Positions 1 to 13,442 of a stretch of 64,000 nucleotides of DNA are shown here, in pieces. A program made the position numbers and the translations under genes. The notes beneath the pieces are model-generated. The model was not told the origin of the DNA. It made no database searches and was given only the letters and a program-made list of their open reading frames with translations. Origin of the DNA: Mustelus asterias. Its lineage: Eukaryota. Position 1 is the stretch's first letter. Each line of letters opens with the position of its first letter. The stretch is from the NCBI RefSeq assembly GCF_964213995.1, contig NC_135803.1, positions 126,852,001-126,916,000 on the forward strand. Direction: 5' to 3'.

Positions 1-1353
1 TCTTCAGCAGCCTCCAATTTCATCATTCCTTACATATTCTTGTTTACAATAAACTCCTTGAATGGATTAAGGGGTTGATATTCTGTTGGGCAGACCCATG
101 TGAAGGTATATTTCCTTCTACCGGATGTTTTTCCTACATGTCTGATAAGATGACATTCAAGAGAGGGTTCAAAGAACATAAATAATTCACAATTTCAGAG
201 AGCTGCATTATTTTGTGTGGCGTTTCTTCATTTGGCTGGGGAAGCAGTTACAGTTCAATGTCAAGGTTAACAATCCATTCAAGACTTTAACTGACGAAAG
301 TATGAATGGTTGCTTTGCCACCAGCAATCAATCTCTCAGGGCAGAGTTCAGTATGTGGGTAATGGTTTGACTTGAACCACGGTCACTATTGGAGTGTTTG
401 TATGGCCAATATAATGCTGAATAAAGTATCTAACTAGAAAATGCCTTGCTACATTCAGAGTGTTTCACACGTACATACAAATTGCTGGCTTCTTTCTGAA
501 ATTGCACTCTTTCAAGGAATTCTAGCAGCGTCCCAGTATGTTGATATCAGCATTGCAATGGTTAATGCCAATATAGTCTACTGCATGACATAGCAATAAG
601 AGGCAAGAGGTTGGTCTGGCTCATTTTTACTCATGCTCATTTGTGACCAATGCTGAGCATAGCTAGCAATCCCTTAGGCAAGCCTTGGTTGATCTCTTCA
701 AAGCTGTCATTTTCCTTCTCACACCCGTTCATATTCTGCAATTTCTGGAAACTCACTTCATCATGAAAAATGTTTCCCCATTCTCAGAAAACTAATCAAT
801 TCTGGGACAGGGATGGTACCCTCTCAGCTATATATGGTTTTGTTCTCTCTCTTCCTCTCTGAACCAGTGCCGAGCCAGCTGCTCTGCCACTGCTTTTTAC
901 GCTCAGTATCCATTCTGAAAATACTGGCTCCAATCACTCGCTGCTTTTGTATGTGTTTTCAACTATGTCAAAGCTCAGCAAGGCTCTTGAAATGATGATA
1001 AAGCACAGGCTGCACACGGCACTGAAGTGCACTGACTATCAAGTACTGCTAAAATAGGAAGATCACGAGTTCAGACACATGCTCAGCATCACACAGAAGC
1101 CAGAATTATTGCAGTTAAGTATCTTGGTAGCGCACAAATAGTAATTCACATACTAATTTTTGTTTGAAATCAGCTCCACTAACCCCATATTAAAATCAAA
1201 AGAAACAGAGTAAAATATAAAGAAGCCACATAATTAGTGCAACTTTATAATTAAATAGAAGAGATAATTCCAAATTTGTTTCTTTTCTAATTACATTGTT
1301 TTATTGCTTTTCTTTAAACTGTATGTCAAATAATATAAAACGTCAACGGCTTA

Positions 1354-1936
1354 AGAGTTTAAGAACCGTGAGGTTATGCTGCAACTGTACAGGACCTTGG
1401 TGAGACCACATTTGGAATATTGTGTGCAGTTCTGGTCACCTCACTATAAGAAGGATGTGGAAGCGCTGGAAAGAGTGCAGAGGAGATTTACCAGGATGCT
1501 GCCTGGTTTGGAGGGTAGGTCTTATGAGGAAAGGTTGAGGGAGCTAGGGCTGTTCTCTCTGGAGCGGAGGAGGCTGAGGGGAGACTTAATAGAGGTTTAT
1601 AAAATGATAAAGGGGATAGATAGAGTGAACGTTCAAAGACTATTTCCTCGGGTGGATGGAGCTATTACAAGGGGGCATAACTATAGGGTTCATGGTGGGA
1701 GATATAGGAAGGACATCAGAGGTAGGTTCTTTACGCAGAGAGTGGTTGGGGTGTGGAATGGACTGCCTGCAGTGATAGTGGAGTCAGACACTTTAGGAAC
1801 ATTTAAGCGGTTATTGGATAGGCACATGGAGCACACCAGGATGATTGGGAGTGGGATAGCTTGATCTTGGTTTCAGATAAAGCTCGGCACAACATTGTGG
1901 GCCGAAGGGCCTGTTCTGTACTGTTCTATGTTCTAT
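1354..1936 (+). mobile_element. CR1-type LINE, 5'-truncated 3' end (ORF2 C-terminus plus (GTTCTAT)n tail)
   Basis: ORF 1376-1864 LYRTLVRPHLEYCVQFWSP...RRLRGDLIEVYK...FFTQRVVGVWNGLP is the typical CR1 ORF2 C-terminus; nearly identical to 53388-53970. Confidence 0.95.
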
Positions 1937-2309
1937 GTCAATTAAAATGAATTGCATCTTAAAGTTCAATACACCAGGTTTTCTGTAAAATACAATGCTG
2001 CTCAGAAGCTTCCTGAGTTTTGGAAAGTGCATGCACTATTACATTAATAGTAGCAACAATGTCCCCCCATTAAACTATACAACAGCACAACAACCCAAAG
2101 ACCATGTACAAGTTACTTGCTACACAAAAAAAAAATTAAAGGGACCAGCACACAAAGATATTCCCTGTGTACTCCTAAGAAAGAGAGGGAACACTGGAAG
2201 GAAACAGCACCCCTCAGACCTTATGGTGACCAAATCCCGTCTTCACATTGAGCATACCCTCCATCATGTTGTGTGGCACTATCACCGTGTTAAATGAGAT
2301 AGTCCCAAG

Positions 2310-3303
2310 ACATTGCTGCAGCAGTTCCTCATGGTAGTGTCCTAGACCCAACCATCTTCAACTGCTCATCAATGAAGTTCCCTCCATCATACGGTCAGAA
2401 GTGGGAATATTCGCAGATAGCTGCACAAAGTTTCAGCACCATTCGCAACTCCTCAGTTACCGAAGCAGTCCAAGTCCAAATGCAGCAAGACCTGGACAAT
2501 ATCCAGGCTTGGGCTGACAAGTGACATTTGCGCTAGGCAATGAACATCTCCAACACGAGGGAATCTAACCATCACCCCTTCACATTCAGTGGCATTAACA
2601 CTGCTGAATTTCCCCACTAACAACATCCTGGGGGTTATCATTGACCAGAAAATGAACTGGACTAGCCATATAAATACAGTGATTACATGAGCAGATCAGA
2701 GGCTGGGAATTCTGCAGAGACTAACTCATATCCTGACTCTCCAAAGCATGCTCACCATCAACAAGGCACAAGTCTGCAGTGTGATGGAATACCCCTCACT
2801 TGGCTGGATGAGTGCAGCTCCAGCCACACTCAAGAAGCTCAATACCATTAAGGCAAAGCAGCCTGCTTGATTGGCATCCCATCCACAAACATTTCACACC
2901 TCCACCCCCATCAAATCCCATCAAAGTACAGTAGCAGCAGTGTATACCATCTACAAGATGCTCTGCAGCAACTCACCAAAGCTCCTTCAACACACCTTCC
3001 AAACCTGTGACCTCTTATCACCTAGGAGGACAAAGGCAGCTTATGCATGGGAACACCACCAGCTGCAAGTTCCCCTCCAAGCCAGACACTATTTTGACAT
3101 GGGACTATATTGCTGTTCCTTTGCAGTCCTTGGGTCAAAATCCTGGAACTACCTTCCCAACAACACTGTGGGTGTTCCTTCATTACATGGACTGCAGAAA
3201 TTCAAGAAGGCAGCTCACCACCACCTTTTCAAAGGCAATTCGAGATGGGCAACAAACACCCACCTTGCCAACAACATCCACATCCCATGGATGAATTTAA
3301 AAA
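2310..3303 (+). mobile_element. Degenerate CR1/L2-clade LINE 3' portion
   Basis: Decayed RT motifs (VPHGSVL.P, IFAD) with frameshifts; related copies near 39340-40100(-), 50810-51240(-), 62040-62640(+). Confidence 0.75.
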
Positions 3304-3722
3304 CACTTGCAATTAATCCCAAGTAAAGTTTGGCCCAGGGCCAACTTTCAGAATACTTAAACTCTCAGCAGTAGAGGGTAGGTGCATGTCCATAATTTCT
3401 CATATTGTGAGCTCCTCATTTTGATCATGCGCTACCACTTCACTACAGTCCTCTGAATTCAGCTGGGCAGCAATACTGACTTTCAACTCGACAGCTGGAA
3501 GGCTATGAATTGAGGTCAATGGACATATTGGTTAGTTTGTCAAAGACAGTGGTGACCAGATCATATTGATGCAATAGATTGTGCATTTCGGTGTTAGTTT
3601 GAGTGTGCGCATTTCGTTTTAAAAGCAGCACAGCATTTACATCTGTTAGCAATTTGTGCTGAGATTATCAAACTGGTCGACACGTGGTTTATACTCGCTT
3701 CTTTTGTAAATATACAGACAAT

Positions 3723-4064
3723 TCATAGAAATCATAGAAACCCTACAGTACAGAAAGAGGCCGTTCGGCCCATCGAGTCTGCACCGACCACAATCCCACC
3801 CAGGCCCTACCCCCACATCTTACCCACTAATCCCTCTAACCTACGCATCCCAGGACACTAAGTGGCAATTTTTTAGCATGGCCAATCAACCCAACCCGCA
3901 CATCTTTGGACTGTGGGAGGAAACCGGAGCACCCGGAGGAAACCCACGCAGACACGAGGAAAATGTGCAAACTCCATACAGACAGTGACCCAAGCCAGGA
4001 ATCGAACCCAGGTCCCTGGAGCTGTGAAGCAGCAGTGCTAACCACTGTGCTACCGTGCCGCCCC
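3723..4064 (-). mobile_element. tRNA-derived V-SINE (HE1-like), CR1-type tail
   Basis: Head GGCGGCACGGTAGCACAGTGGTTAGCAC...GGGTTCGATTCC (A/B boxes), V-domain-like core, (TTCTATGA)n tail. Confidence 0.9.
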
Positions 4065-4229
4065 AGTAATTCTTAAGCAAATTTGCATAAATCTTATAAC
4101 ATTAGCCAACGAAACAAATCCTGGTCCAAATAACTCTCATTTTAGCATGCAAGTATATAAAAATAATTACTGCCTTACTATGCAAATTTCCTGAAGCAAG
4201 AAGACTAAATCAAGTGGTTTTTCACTTAC

Positions 4230-4308
4230 GGTGTTTCCAGCAGCTGGGCAATTGTTGGCATGCTTGTTTTCCAGGCATCTGCAGAAAGGATAGACTGCAA
4301 CACAGATA
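4230..4308 (-). CDS. PXK: PXK coding exon 12
   Basis: (V)SVLQSILSADAWKTSMPTIAQLLET(P), aligns to human AVLESTLSCEACKNGMPTISRLLQMP; ag/gt boundaries; 79 nt, phase 1->2. Confidence 0.9.
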
Positions 4309-5731
4309 CTGTAAAAAAAAAAGAAAATTCAGGTTCCATTCCTAAGAATCATCCTGCTTCTTGCGCACCTTTTATTTAATCAAAGCAATCAACAAAACCT
4401 ATATTTAAAAAACAAGCAACTGAAAAACTGTATTTCACACAAATCGATAGACATTGATAACGGAAATAATCAGCGAAACAGATAGTTCAGTAACTTGTAT
4501 CTAAATAGTACAGAAATGTAGAAATGACAGTACAGAAAAAAGCCAATTAACCCATCACATCTGTGCTAGTGCTCATTCTTCAAATGATGTTTTCTCATCT
4601 TGCCTTCAAAAAGATTAGAGAGACTTGCTAGAAAGACTTGAATATCCAGCTCAAGGGGCATAAGCAGCTATTGGATAATAAAAGTCTATGCTGGCATGCA
4701 TTAGAAGATCCATTAATTAGAATGACACAACCGAGCACAACTTGGTATCAGCAGCAGACCCAAATTTATAACACCCTTACATAAACTGAACTAAATCAAG
4801 ATATCGCGGCAGAAAACAAATGCGAACTGTTCCAAAACTATACCTCATTTAGTTTTATACTCAGACAATAACAAGTGAATAACATTTAGAATAAGAAGTT
4901 GTTCCAATTGCCACATCCACTCAAACAAACACTGTGGGCAGGAATCTGGCATCCTATGTAAATACAAAATGTACTCAGTTCTGTAACAGCAAAATTTGAT
5001 TTTGACCTAGCAATTATAAAGGAATAGCAAAAATGCTCAAGTCATGAAGGTCTATACTTGGAGGGAATTTCCCAAGATCTGTTGCCCTGGTCTGCCTAGG
5101 CAATGGAGGCTACAGGATTGGAAAAGTTGCCAAAGAAGCATTGACAAGTTACCAAAATGCACCCTGTAGATAGTACACATAGCAATCATGGTACACTAAT
5201 GGTTAAAGGCGTGGAATTTACAACTGAATAGTTTACAACTGGATAGATGACCAGAGTGAGGGTTGCCTGGTGGCAATAGTCTTATAAAATATAAACAGCA
5301 CAAATCTTGAACTACTCATGTTACAACCTCATCAGTTTGTAAATTTTGCAAATTAAGAATTAAATTAAATTAATTAATCCCACTGTTATCAACATAAAAC
5401 AATACTTCAAATTATTTTATTAATTAAAGCAAAAATGATCAGCATCCTGTTAAGGTGGTCAAAAGACCCCTCATACGAGAATAATGGAAGCAAGACAAAT
5501 GGATGCAGAACCTTGAGCAGTGTCATCCTTCTTCACGTGCATATGTCTGGGAATATTGATACGGTCTAAGTATCACAAAAGCTCAGGGTTTAATTGAACT
5601 TGGAAAGAATCAAAATTCAAGATTGTAAGGGAAAAATACGCACAGGCACATCAACTAAACCATGTAAACCAGGGCTGTAAAGTATGCTAGTAACAACAGT
5701 CAATAAAGGTGAGATATTTTAAAATTCTAAC

Positions 5732-5849
5732 CTATATCTGGTGAGGGAGCAGGTAGAAAGCTGTCCACTGGCACAGAATCTGGCGGCCTCCCATACGTAA
5801 TTTCATACAGTAAATGGCCAAAGGAATATACATCAATAGCTTCTGTAGT
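5732..5849 (-). CDS. PXK: PXK coding exon 11
   Basis: TTEAIDVYSFGHLLYEITYGRPPDSVPVDSFLPAPSPDI; 118 nt, ag/gt. Confidence 0.95.
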
Positions 5850-6995
5850 CTATAAAGTACACATATATAGAACAAAATTATAGCACTATGATCATCCAAC
5901 ATTGCAATATGAAAATTAAACATTTTTTACTTTGAAAGATTTTTGTCAAGGACAAAACAACAAAGATACATTATACAGTCGGCTGACCCCTTCTATTCCC
6001 CCTTTTTCCTTATTTCTAGGGTAGCAAGTTCACCTCTCTACCCTGCCCAAAACTGCACCCATCACTGCTCCTCTGGACTGACATCTTCACCAGAAAACAA
6101 GAGCTTCTAATGCAGGGAACTAAAACCTGAACACAAATCCCTCAGCTCTATGGGAAGCCAGCTTCAGACCACCTGCACACAGGAATTTTTAAAGATAAAT
6201 TTGAGAAATATTTCCTCAAGTATCAGCGTGAAAGATAAAGTGATTACTTTGCCTTTTCAAACATCAGCTGTGAAACTAACTCAATCATTCACAATTTTTA
6301 TTCAATATGACAAATTACAGGGACAAAATTCCACCTTGATGGAAATGCAAAATGAATGGTAGCAAATCAGCCACCTATTACACATCCACCCATTGATGGA
6401 ATGATGGGGTGTGTAACAGGCAGCTGACTTGCTTACACCTCCTTACGCAGTTCCTGAAGTTGAATTTCACCTCATATCCTACAGAGGCCATAATTGTGAA
6501 ACTATCAGTCTCAAAATAGTTCACTGATATTGCAGTTGTGAGCTTGGGTAGGACAGTTGTGCGTGTGAAAATAAAGAATCCAGTCTTTACAGCAATAATA
6601 GTATTTTTAGGTGTAACCTATTATTGTGAGCAACATTGAACTTTAAATTTATTCCAATTTATAATCCACAACATAATAATTTTTTTGTAGACAGACCAAA
6701 GGGTAAAAAAAACTAATCTCAGCCTTAACTGGCATTCAATTCAGCCAGCCTGAGTGAACCGCACCAGTTCTAATTACAGACTGCTAGTTAAGGTACTTCC
6801 TTTCCTAAGAGAGATAAAGCTAAGGCTATAAAAGTGCCTTATTTAGATAATCTAAGTAGCATTAAGTGGATTATCGCAGCACTTCAACTGTAAGCAAAAG
6901 CGATGCAATACAATACAAACCAATAGTAGGGAAGAATGACATGAAACAAAAGCAATAAAAGGTTACAGCTTTGAAAGAATGGAAACATTATTTAC

Positions 6996-7157
6996 ATTGA
7001 TTTTCCTGGACTGCGTATAGTACGGTCTATAATAGCTGGGCAATCCTAGCAATGAATTCTCTAAATCCAGTAATTTACATGCATCTCCATCAAGCATCAC
7101 ATTTGAAGGGTGAAGATGGCCGTATGGGATTTTTTTCTCGTGAAGAAACTTCAATGC
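6996..7157 (-). CDS. PXK: PXK coding exon 10 (pseudokinase catalytic-loop region)
   Basis: ALKFLHEKKIPYGHLHPSNVMLDGDACKLLDLENSLLGLPSYYRPYYTQSRKIN; 162 nt, ag/gt; lacks HRD/DFG as in known PXK. Confidence 0.97.
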
Positions 7158-7294
7158 CTGGAATTAAAATCAAACTGATCATTATAGTGTGCACTTACCA
7201 AAACAGAATAAAATATCTGCACAAAAGTCAAGGAACACTAAATAGAGTTAATAACCAACAATTTTGAGAGAGAACAAGAGCAAAAGCGATTTAC

Positions 7295-7396
7295 CTCAAG
7301 TATTTGTCTTCCAAAAGTTTTAATCTGTTGAAGGTCAAGTCCTTGAATTTTCTTCGGGCTGCAGTATTTCTTCATAAAAGGATCTTTTGGTTTAGC
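7295..7396 (-). CDS. PXK: PXK coding exon 9
   Basis: AKPKDPFMKKYCSPKKIQGLDLQQIKTFGRQILE; 102 nt, ag/gt. Confidence 0.96.
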
Positions 7397-8019
7397 CTTT
7401 ATGCAAAATAAATTACTACTTTTAGCAAAATTACTATTTCTTGGTGGTTAATTATCACATTTTGAAATGTTCTATAAGTGATCCAAAGAACGGACACATT
7501 ATTGGTATGTATTTGACAGTAGTCTTAGCAAGATAGCAACTTAAGAACTGATCCGCCACAAGGGCCAGTTAATACTGGATATTCTTTGTAACCAATTAGA
7601 AATGGAATTAGATTGCAGCTACTTCAAAACGTTTGATCTGGCAGGATTGAAGATGCAAAAAAAAAGCTTTATTCTATATTCATAATGATCTAAAATCCAG
7701 ATTAAATATTTTTGCGCAATACATTTCCAAATAAATTATTACAAGATTACTTGAGAACATTCAGATACCTATAAACCAGTCAGTAACATTTGAAAAACAG
7801 TAAGCTTTCACTAATCTGACTGAATCACCAATTCTCAGTTTCACCAGAAAATAATGAATGCGTGATAAATACTGCTCACAATACAATCCAAATCAACTGC
7901 AACATGGAAATGTGTTCAGTGAGGTCCTCAACTTTGACTAGCTAATTATCTACATAATTCTTCTACACATTAAATTATTTTCAGTATGCCATTTCTTGTT
8001 TCTGAAGGTGTCCTTATCA

Positions 8020-8218
8020 AACTTCCTGCAGTTGAGGCTACCTCGTTGAATGTTTTAATGCAAAGATAGATAGATTTTTGAACAGTAAAGGAATTAGGGG
8101 TTATGGTGAGCAAGCAGGTAAGTGAAGCCAGGTCCACGAAAAGATCAGCCATGATGTTATTGAATGGCGGAGCAGGCTCAAGGGGCTAAATGGCCTACTC
8201 CTGCTCCTAGTTCTTATA
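8020..8218 (+). mobile_element. CR1 LINE extreme 3' fragment
   Basis: ...GGAGCAGGCTCAAGGGGCTAAATGGCCTACTCCTGCTCCTAGTTCTTAT CR1-type 3' UTR. Confidence 0.7.
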
Positions 8219-8531
8219 ACTTGAAGGTGGCTCCCCAGAAATTAATGGATTAGTATAGCTTCATTTTCAACTACACGTAGTGGATTAATATGAGAATTTC
8301 TGGTTGACACATTAGCTCTGCTATTGATTGTCTTCACAGCTGAGCAGAGCTTCAAATGAAAGCATGGTCATAGTTTTCTGAAGAAATAAAATAGCTGAAA
8401 GCAATTTCTATGCCACTGCGCTGCAATATTTGATACCTAATCAAATCCTGTTTGAAAGCTCTGCCAGGAAAGATCTTAGAAACTGTAAAATAGCTTAGTT
8501 TAATTTAATATTTGTATTTGATGGGCCATAC

Positions 8532-8636
8532 CTTGCAGATATAATCTCTTAGTGTTCCTTTTTCATTATACATTCGGATCACAAGTCCTGAAGATTCACT
8601 AGCTGTGGCAAAGGTGACAGGATAGATATACGGGTG
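8532..8636 (-). CDS. PXK: PXK coding exon 8
   Basis: HPYIYPVTFATASESSGLVIRMYNEKGTLRDYICK; 105 nt, ag/gt. Confidence 0.96.
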
Positions 8637-8995
8637 CTAGGGATTAAAATAAAACAGTTTTTCCTCAGACAAGAATTCAACTCTCACTTAAAGTTTATCA
8701 ACAGCTTTGCAGTACTAAAAATAGCCACAATTGATTGCTGCCCTCAGTGGTTTAAGGATCAAAGTAGTGATTAACCATACAGAATGGATGTTTCCAATCT
8801 GATCTTCCCTTATCTTACAATCTACCTTAGCAACTAAAGTGCCAGAAAAAGGATCAGGGGCGGGAGAGAATTATTACAGCAAGAGGCACAAAATTGTTCT
8901 CTCGTGGAAGCGTTAGGATTAGTGGAATCCACCAGAGTTTTCATCACTTATCTAGCAACCCTGGGAAGCACAAACTGATGGATGCCTGATGAGAA

Positions 8996-9346
8996 TCATA
9001 GAAATAGAATCATAGAAACCCTACAGTGCAGAAGGAGGCCATTCGGCCTATCGAGTCTGCACCGACCACAATCCCACCCAGGCCCTACCCCCACACATAT
9101 TTTTACCCGCTAATCCCTCTAACCTACGTATCTCAGGACTCTAAGGGACAATTTTTAACCTGGCCAATCAACCTAACCCGCACATCTTTGGACTGTGGGA
9201 GGAAACCGGAGCACCCGGAGGAAACCCACGCAGACACGAGGAGAATGTGCAAACTCCACACAGACAGTGACCCGAGCCGGGAATCGAACCCGGGACCCTG
9301 GAGCTGTGAAGCAGCAGTGCTAGCCACTGTGCTACCGTGCCGCCCC
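8996..9346 (-). mobile_element. V-SINE (HE1-like), CR1-type tail
   Basis: Highly similar to 3723-4064. Confidence 0.9.
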
Positions 9347-10244
9347 TTCACTCTGAATTCCTCGAGATTGAATATTCTACAAATGGATATTCAACCTAGA
9401 TTCATCCCTGACCAGGAGAAAATAACTTAGGAGAATTTAGAAATATTTAAATTAGAACTTCACTTTTTGGGTTTAAGGAAGTTAAACTTTTTGGTCTCAC
9501 AAATAGTTTATGCAAAGAGTTTCAAAAATGACAATCTGAAATGAGACACTAATCAAATTCAGTACCACGTGTATACAAAACAAACAGAGAGTCTAAAAAG
9601 GTGTGGGCCGGAATCTTACCGGCCCGCCCGTCACGAGAAGCGGAGGGGGAGAGGGGTGGAACATGCAACAATCCGTTGGCCTCGGGCGGGATTTTACAGT
9701 TTTGGGACGAGCGAGGCCGTAAAAGCCAATCCGTGGTGTGAGAATAAAGGTGGTGACCATTCACATCCAGGTTCTTCAGCATAGATGAAACAGCATTCCC
9801 TTAAGGTGTGAGGAAACATGGCTCAGAACGGCATTATTTTAATTTGGTAATAACATGGGCAGCCGAGATCAGGAGAGATAGAAGCCAACAGCTTTTAAAA
9901 TGTAAAAATATAAAACCTAATAGCTTTAAGAATGCAACTTTCATCTTCAGAGAAGCAACTTTTCATCTAAATTACCAATTTGGCATTGAAGGGCCACTGG
10001 GAACAGCATTAATTTTGTAAATGTGTATCTTTATCTATATCTCACTTGCCGAAAGGAACTGCATAATTTTAAACATTGCAACTTGTGGTGTTAATTGATC
10101 AAATTATTCAGCGAAAAACATTAATAAAACAATGAAAAACTTTTCATAGAATTGCTACAGTGCAGAAAGAGGCCATTCAGCTCATCGAGCCTGCACTGAC
10201 AACAATCCCACCCAGGCCATATTCCGATTGTTTATCTTATAAAC

Positions 10245-10404
10245 ATGATGTGGAGATGCCGGCGTTGGACTGGGGTAAACACAGTAAGAAGTCTTATAAC
10301 ACCAGGTTAAAGTCCAACAGATTTATTTGGTAGCAAAGCATGAGTGGCTTTTGCTACCAAATAAACCTGTTGGACTTTAACCTGGTGTTGTAAGACTTCT
10401 TACT
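10245..10404. mobile_element. Penelope-like element stub with fold-back (inverted) structure
   Basis: Inverted arms ~10283-10337 / ~10348-10404; TSD (T)ATCTTATAAAC at 10233-10244 and 10404-10415; same terminal sequence as the GIY-YIG-bearing copy at 58892-59357. Confidence 0.85.
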
Positions 10405-10876
10405 ATCTTATAAACCACAGGGGATTCTCTTCCGCAGAATAAATCTTCCTTAGCCGGAAGAATTTTGGTCTTCCTGCCATCTTTCTTTCACTTCTCCATC
10501 AATTTCTCTGAAGCAACAGGTGGATTTTGTTTGAATTAGCAAAATCTTCTAGTGACAATTTGTCCTCAAGCCTCTCATGGTTTTTCTTTATTTGCCCATC
10601 TATCCAGTTTGGTAACAATGAAGTATCCCACTTAAAATTCAGAAAAGAGTCCTCCATTTCGCACTGCAGTCAAGATGTGCTGAAATTTAACCACTGAAGG
10701 CAGTAAACAAATTACCTCTTAACTGAGGACACGCATGTATGACAGTTGAATTGTAATGTTTACTGGTCAAGTACAACAGTAGTCATACTTTCATAAATTA
10801 ACTGCAAATGTCCAGAATATCTCAAGAACTTTGCAGACTCTGTTTTGCACTGAATTCATTCTGAACGATTACTTAC

Positions 10877-10951
10877 AGACCAAGAAGGTAAAAGCTTCAT
10901 TGCTGATTGAAGATCTTTATCAGACAGAAACCTATCAGGGCCAAGGTCAGC
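10877..10951 (-). CDS. PXK: PXK coding exon 7
   Basis: ADLGPDRFLSDKDLQSAMKLLPSWS; 75 nt, ag/gt. Confidence 0.95.
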
Positions 10952-11519
10952 CTGTAAAACAGATCACAAAACAAATAAAGGTGAAGACCATTGAATCTAC
11001 CCTAGTTCACATATCCAGAAAGACCCAAAGGGACCCTCGTGATTAGCCATAGTGTCCAACTGGTTTTCAAATGTTTCCATTATTCCTCCAATCATAACCA
11101 ATAAGTTCAAACTTGAATAAAGTATATTAAAGTCAGAATTTTCACATAAAAATCATTTTATTGAACAGATGAATAAGTATGTCAATATGTTCATATGTAT
11201 TAACATGGAAAACCATATGTCTGAGTGCACTTCAATTGTTAACATTTCCATTATAAATTCTCATGTACATATTTTCATTAGAAACTGACTATGCCAACAT
11301 GTCATGCTGCATTTAAACTGTCGAAAATTAATTCCAATTGTTGTTTAAGAATTTTTAAAGACCATGCAGAATTGTCAATAAAACAGTGTCATGTCTGAGC
11401 AATTTTTAAATCATAAAATAAATCTTTACCATTGCACATCAATTCTTGATGAGACAACAGTTAAGCTCAGCAGTGCAATTTTCACACTCAGCCCTTTTTA
11501 TTGTGTGTTCTAATCAGGT

Positions 11520-13100
11520 GAACTTGCATACAAACACACGAGCAAGGAGCAGGAGTAGACCATTCAGCCTTCAAACCTGCTCCACCATTCAATAAGATCA
11601 TGACTGATCTGATAGTAAGCTCAAATCTGTAATCTATTTACTCTCGATAACCTATCACCCCCTTGCTTACTAAGAATCTATCTGGTTCTGACTTAAAAAT
11701 ATTCTCCTTCCATAACCGTTTCCAGAAGAGTTCCAAAGACTCTCGGCTCTCTGTGTGAAAACATTCCACCTGATCTCAGTTTCAAATGGGCGACGCCTTA
11801 TTTTTAAACAATGTTCTACATTCTAGATTCTCTCACAAGAGGAAACATTCTATCCACAACCACCCGGTCAAGATCCCTGGGGGTTGTATGGGTACGATTC
11901 TCCCAAGTGTCGAATTCATGTAAAAACTGGAGTAAATCACTGTTTTTTTTTCAGTAGGAGTCTTAAAAAAGAATCTCCCACACTCGTGGCACTGCAGAAT
12001 TTCTCAATGTAAATCCCGTTGAAAAGCTGAGGGCGGGGCCTATTCCTGCAGGAGAGGCCGGCAGCATAGCGCTGAGGGGGCCACTGCACATGCGCCGATA
12101 CGTCAGCGCCGAGATTGGCACACGCGCAGTGGCCCCTGTCTGCCGGCCTCCTGAATGTTGGCCAGCCCCGGGATCACCGCTTTGCCAGCCCTCCAGCCCC
12201 ATCCACGGCCCAATCGCTGGCCCCCCCAAGCCAGTCTCGCACCCCCCCATCTCGATTACGCCCCCACTACCACCCCTCCCCACACCCCACCCAGCAGTCT
12301 GAACTTCCCCCTCCCCAGCAAGCTGAAACCACATGCCGATGGCCAGCCCCAATCGCTGGCCTCCCTCCCTCTGTTACTCAACCCAATTACAGAATGGCAG
12401 TGAGACCCCTCCCACTCCCACCTATCATCCTCACAAAGGCCATGCCCCCCCCCCCCAAATCAGGCCCTACCCCATTAGGCTCCACCCTCTGGACAGTGCC
12501 AAGATGCCGCCTAAACATGCCTGGTGGACAGTGCCACGATGCCCCCAGGCATTGGCATTTGCCCCTTGGGCAGTGCCAGGGCCCAGGCTGGCACTGCCAA
12601 GGTACCAATGGCCAGAGTCACCCCCTCCGGCATCTGACACTCTGGGGGGGCCCCGATTGCTGCCCCCCCCCCCAGCGGGATCGGGCCGCCAGCTCCCGCA
12701 AGCGGGGAGCGACTGTAAACCCCACTGGAGTGAACCACTCCTGGCGGGGTGGGATGGGGAAAGAGGCTAGTGGGCCCAGAGACTTCAGTCCCGGTGTTTT
12801 AACTTCCTGTACAACTGAAGCACAATCTCTATATTTTTGTATTCAATTCCCCTCTCAATTGCATTCCTATTGACCCATCCTTTAACTAAACTTGCCAATT
12901 CACTTTAGTCAATTCGGCTTTCATACCCTCATAATTGCCTGATTTAAGTTGAGAAACATAGTCTGAGACCTACGCCTCTCTCCCTCAAACTGAATGTAAA
13001 ATTCAATCATATTATGGTCACTGCTACGTAGGAGTGCCTTCACTATGAGATAATTAATCACTTCCATCTCGTTGCACAATACCAGGTATAGTGTAGCATG
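11520..13100 (-). mobile_element. Old CR1 fragments interrupted by a GC-rich non-autonomous element (~11891-12800)
   Basis: CR1 3' UTR-like sequence at 11520-11885 and LINE-like sequence after 12800; the GC/C-run-rich insert explains the spurious overlapping ORFs. Confidence 0.6.
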
Positions 13101-13368
13101 AAGAGGCGTTTTGAATTGTTGGCTAATTATTCAATGAAACACTTTGAAAAGTGAAAAACACAGGGAATATCAATCCACAACTTGCAACACTCTAGGATAT
13201 TTCAAACAGAGGAGCTTTGCTAATGAACCCTATATGAACATTCAGTTCAAACTCCAGTTCCTTTGCATGCTGTGCTCAAGACGCCATTACACCAAATAGG
13301 CTACAATGGAGTGAAATTAATAAAATTACCTTGAGTTCAGTGTCTCAGTCATTTGAAATCAGACTTAC

Positions 13369-13442
13369 CCAACTTAGTACTTGCCGTTCTTTGGGCTGAT
13401 CCTTACTTTTTATTAAAAAATGCCGTTTTCTTAATCTCCAAC
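13369..13442 (-). CDS. PXK: PXK coding exon 6
   Basis: (G)WRLRKRHFLIKSKDQPKERQVLSW; 74 nt, ag/gt. Confidence 0.95.

Noticed and set aside
1-4229. Search for PXK exon 13 (human LFSDVLLTTSEKPQFK) and a possible decayed transposase in 1-1000
   Set aside because: No segment with matching peptide plus splice sites found; transposase-like words were too weak to support a call
11963-12873. Cluster of overlapping Pro/Gly-rich ORFs
   Set aside because: By-product of a GC-rich repeat with C-runs inside a PXK intron; no recognisable domain
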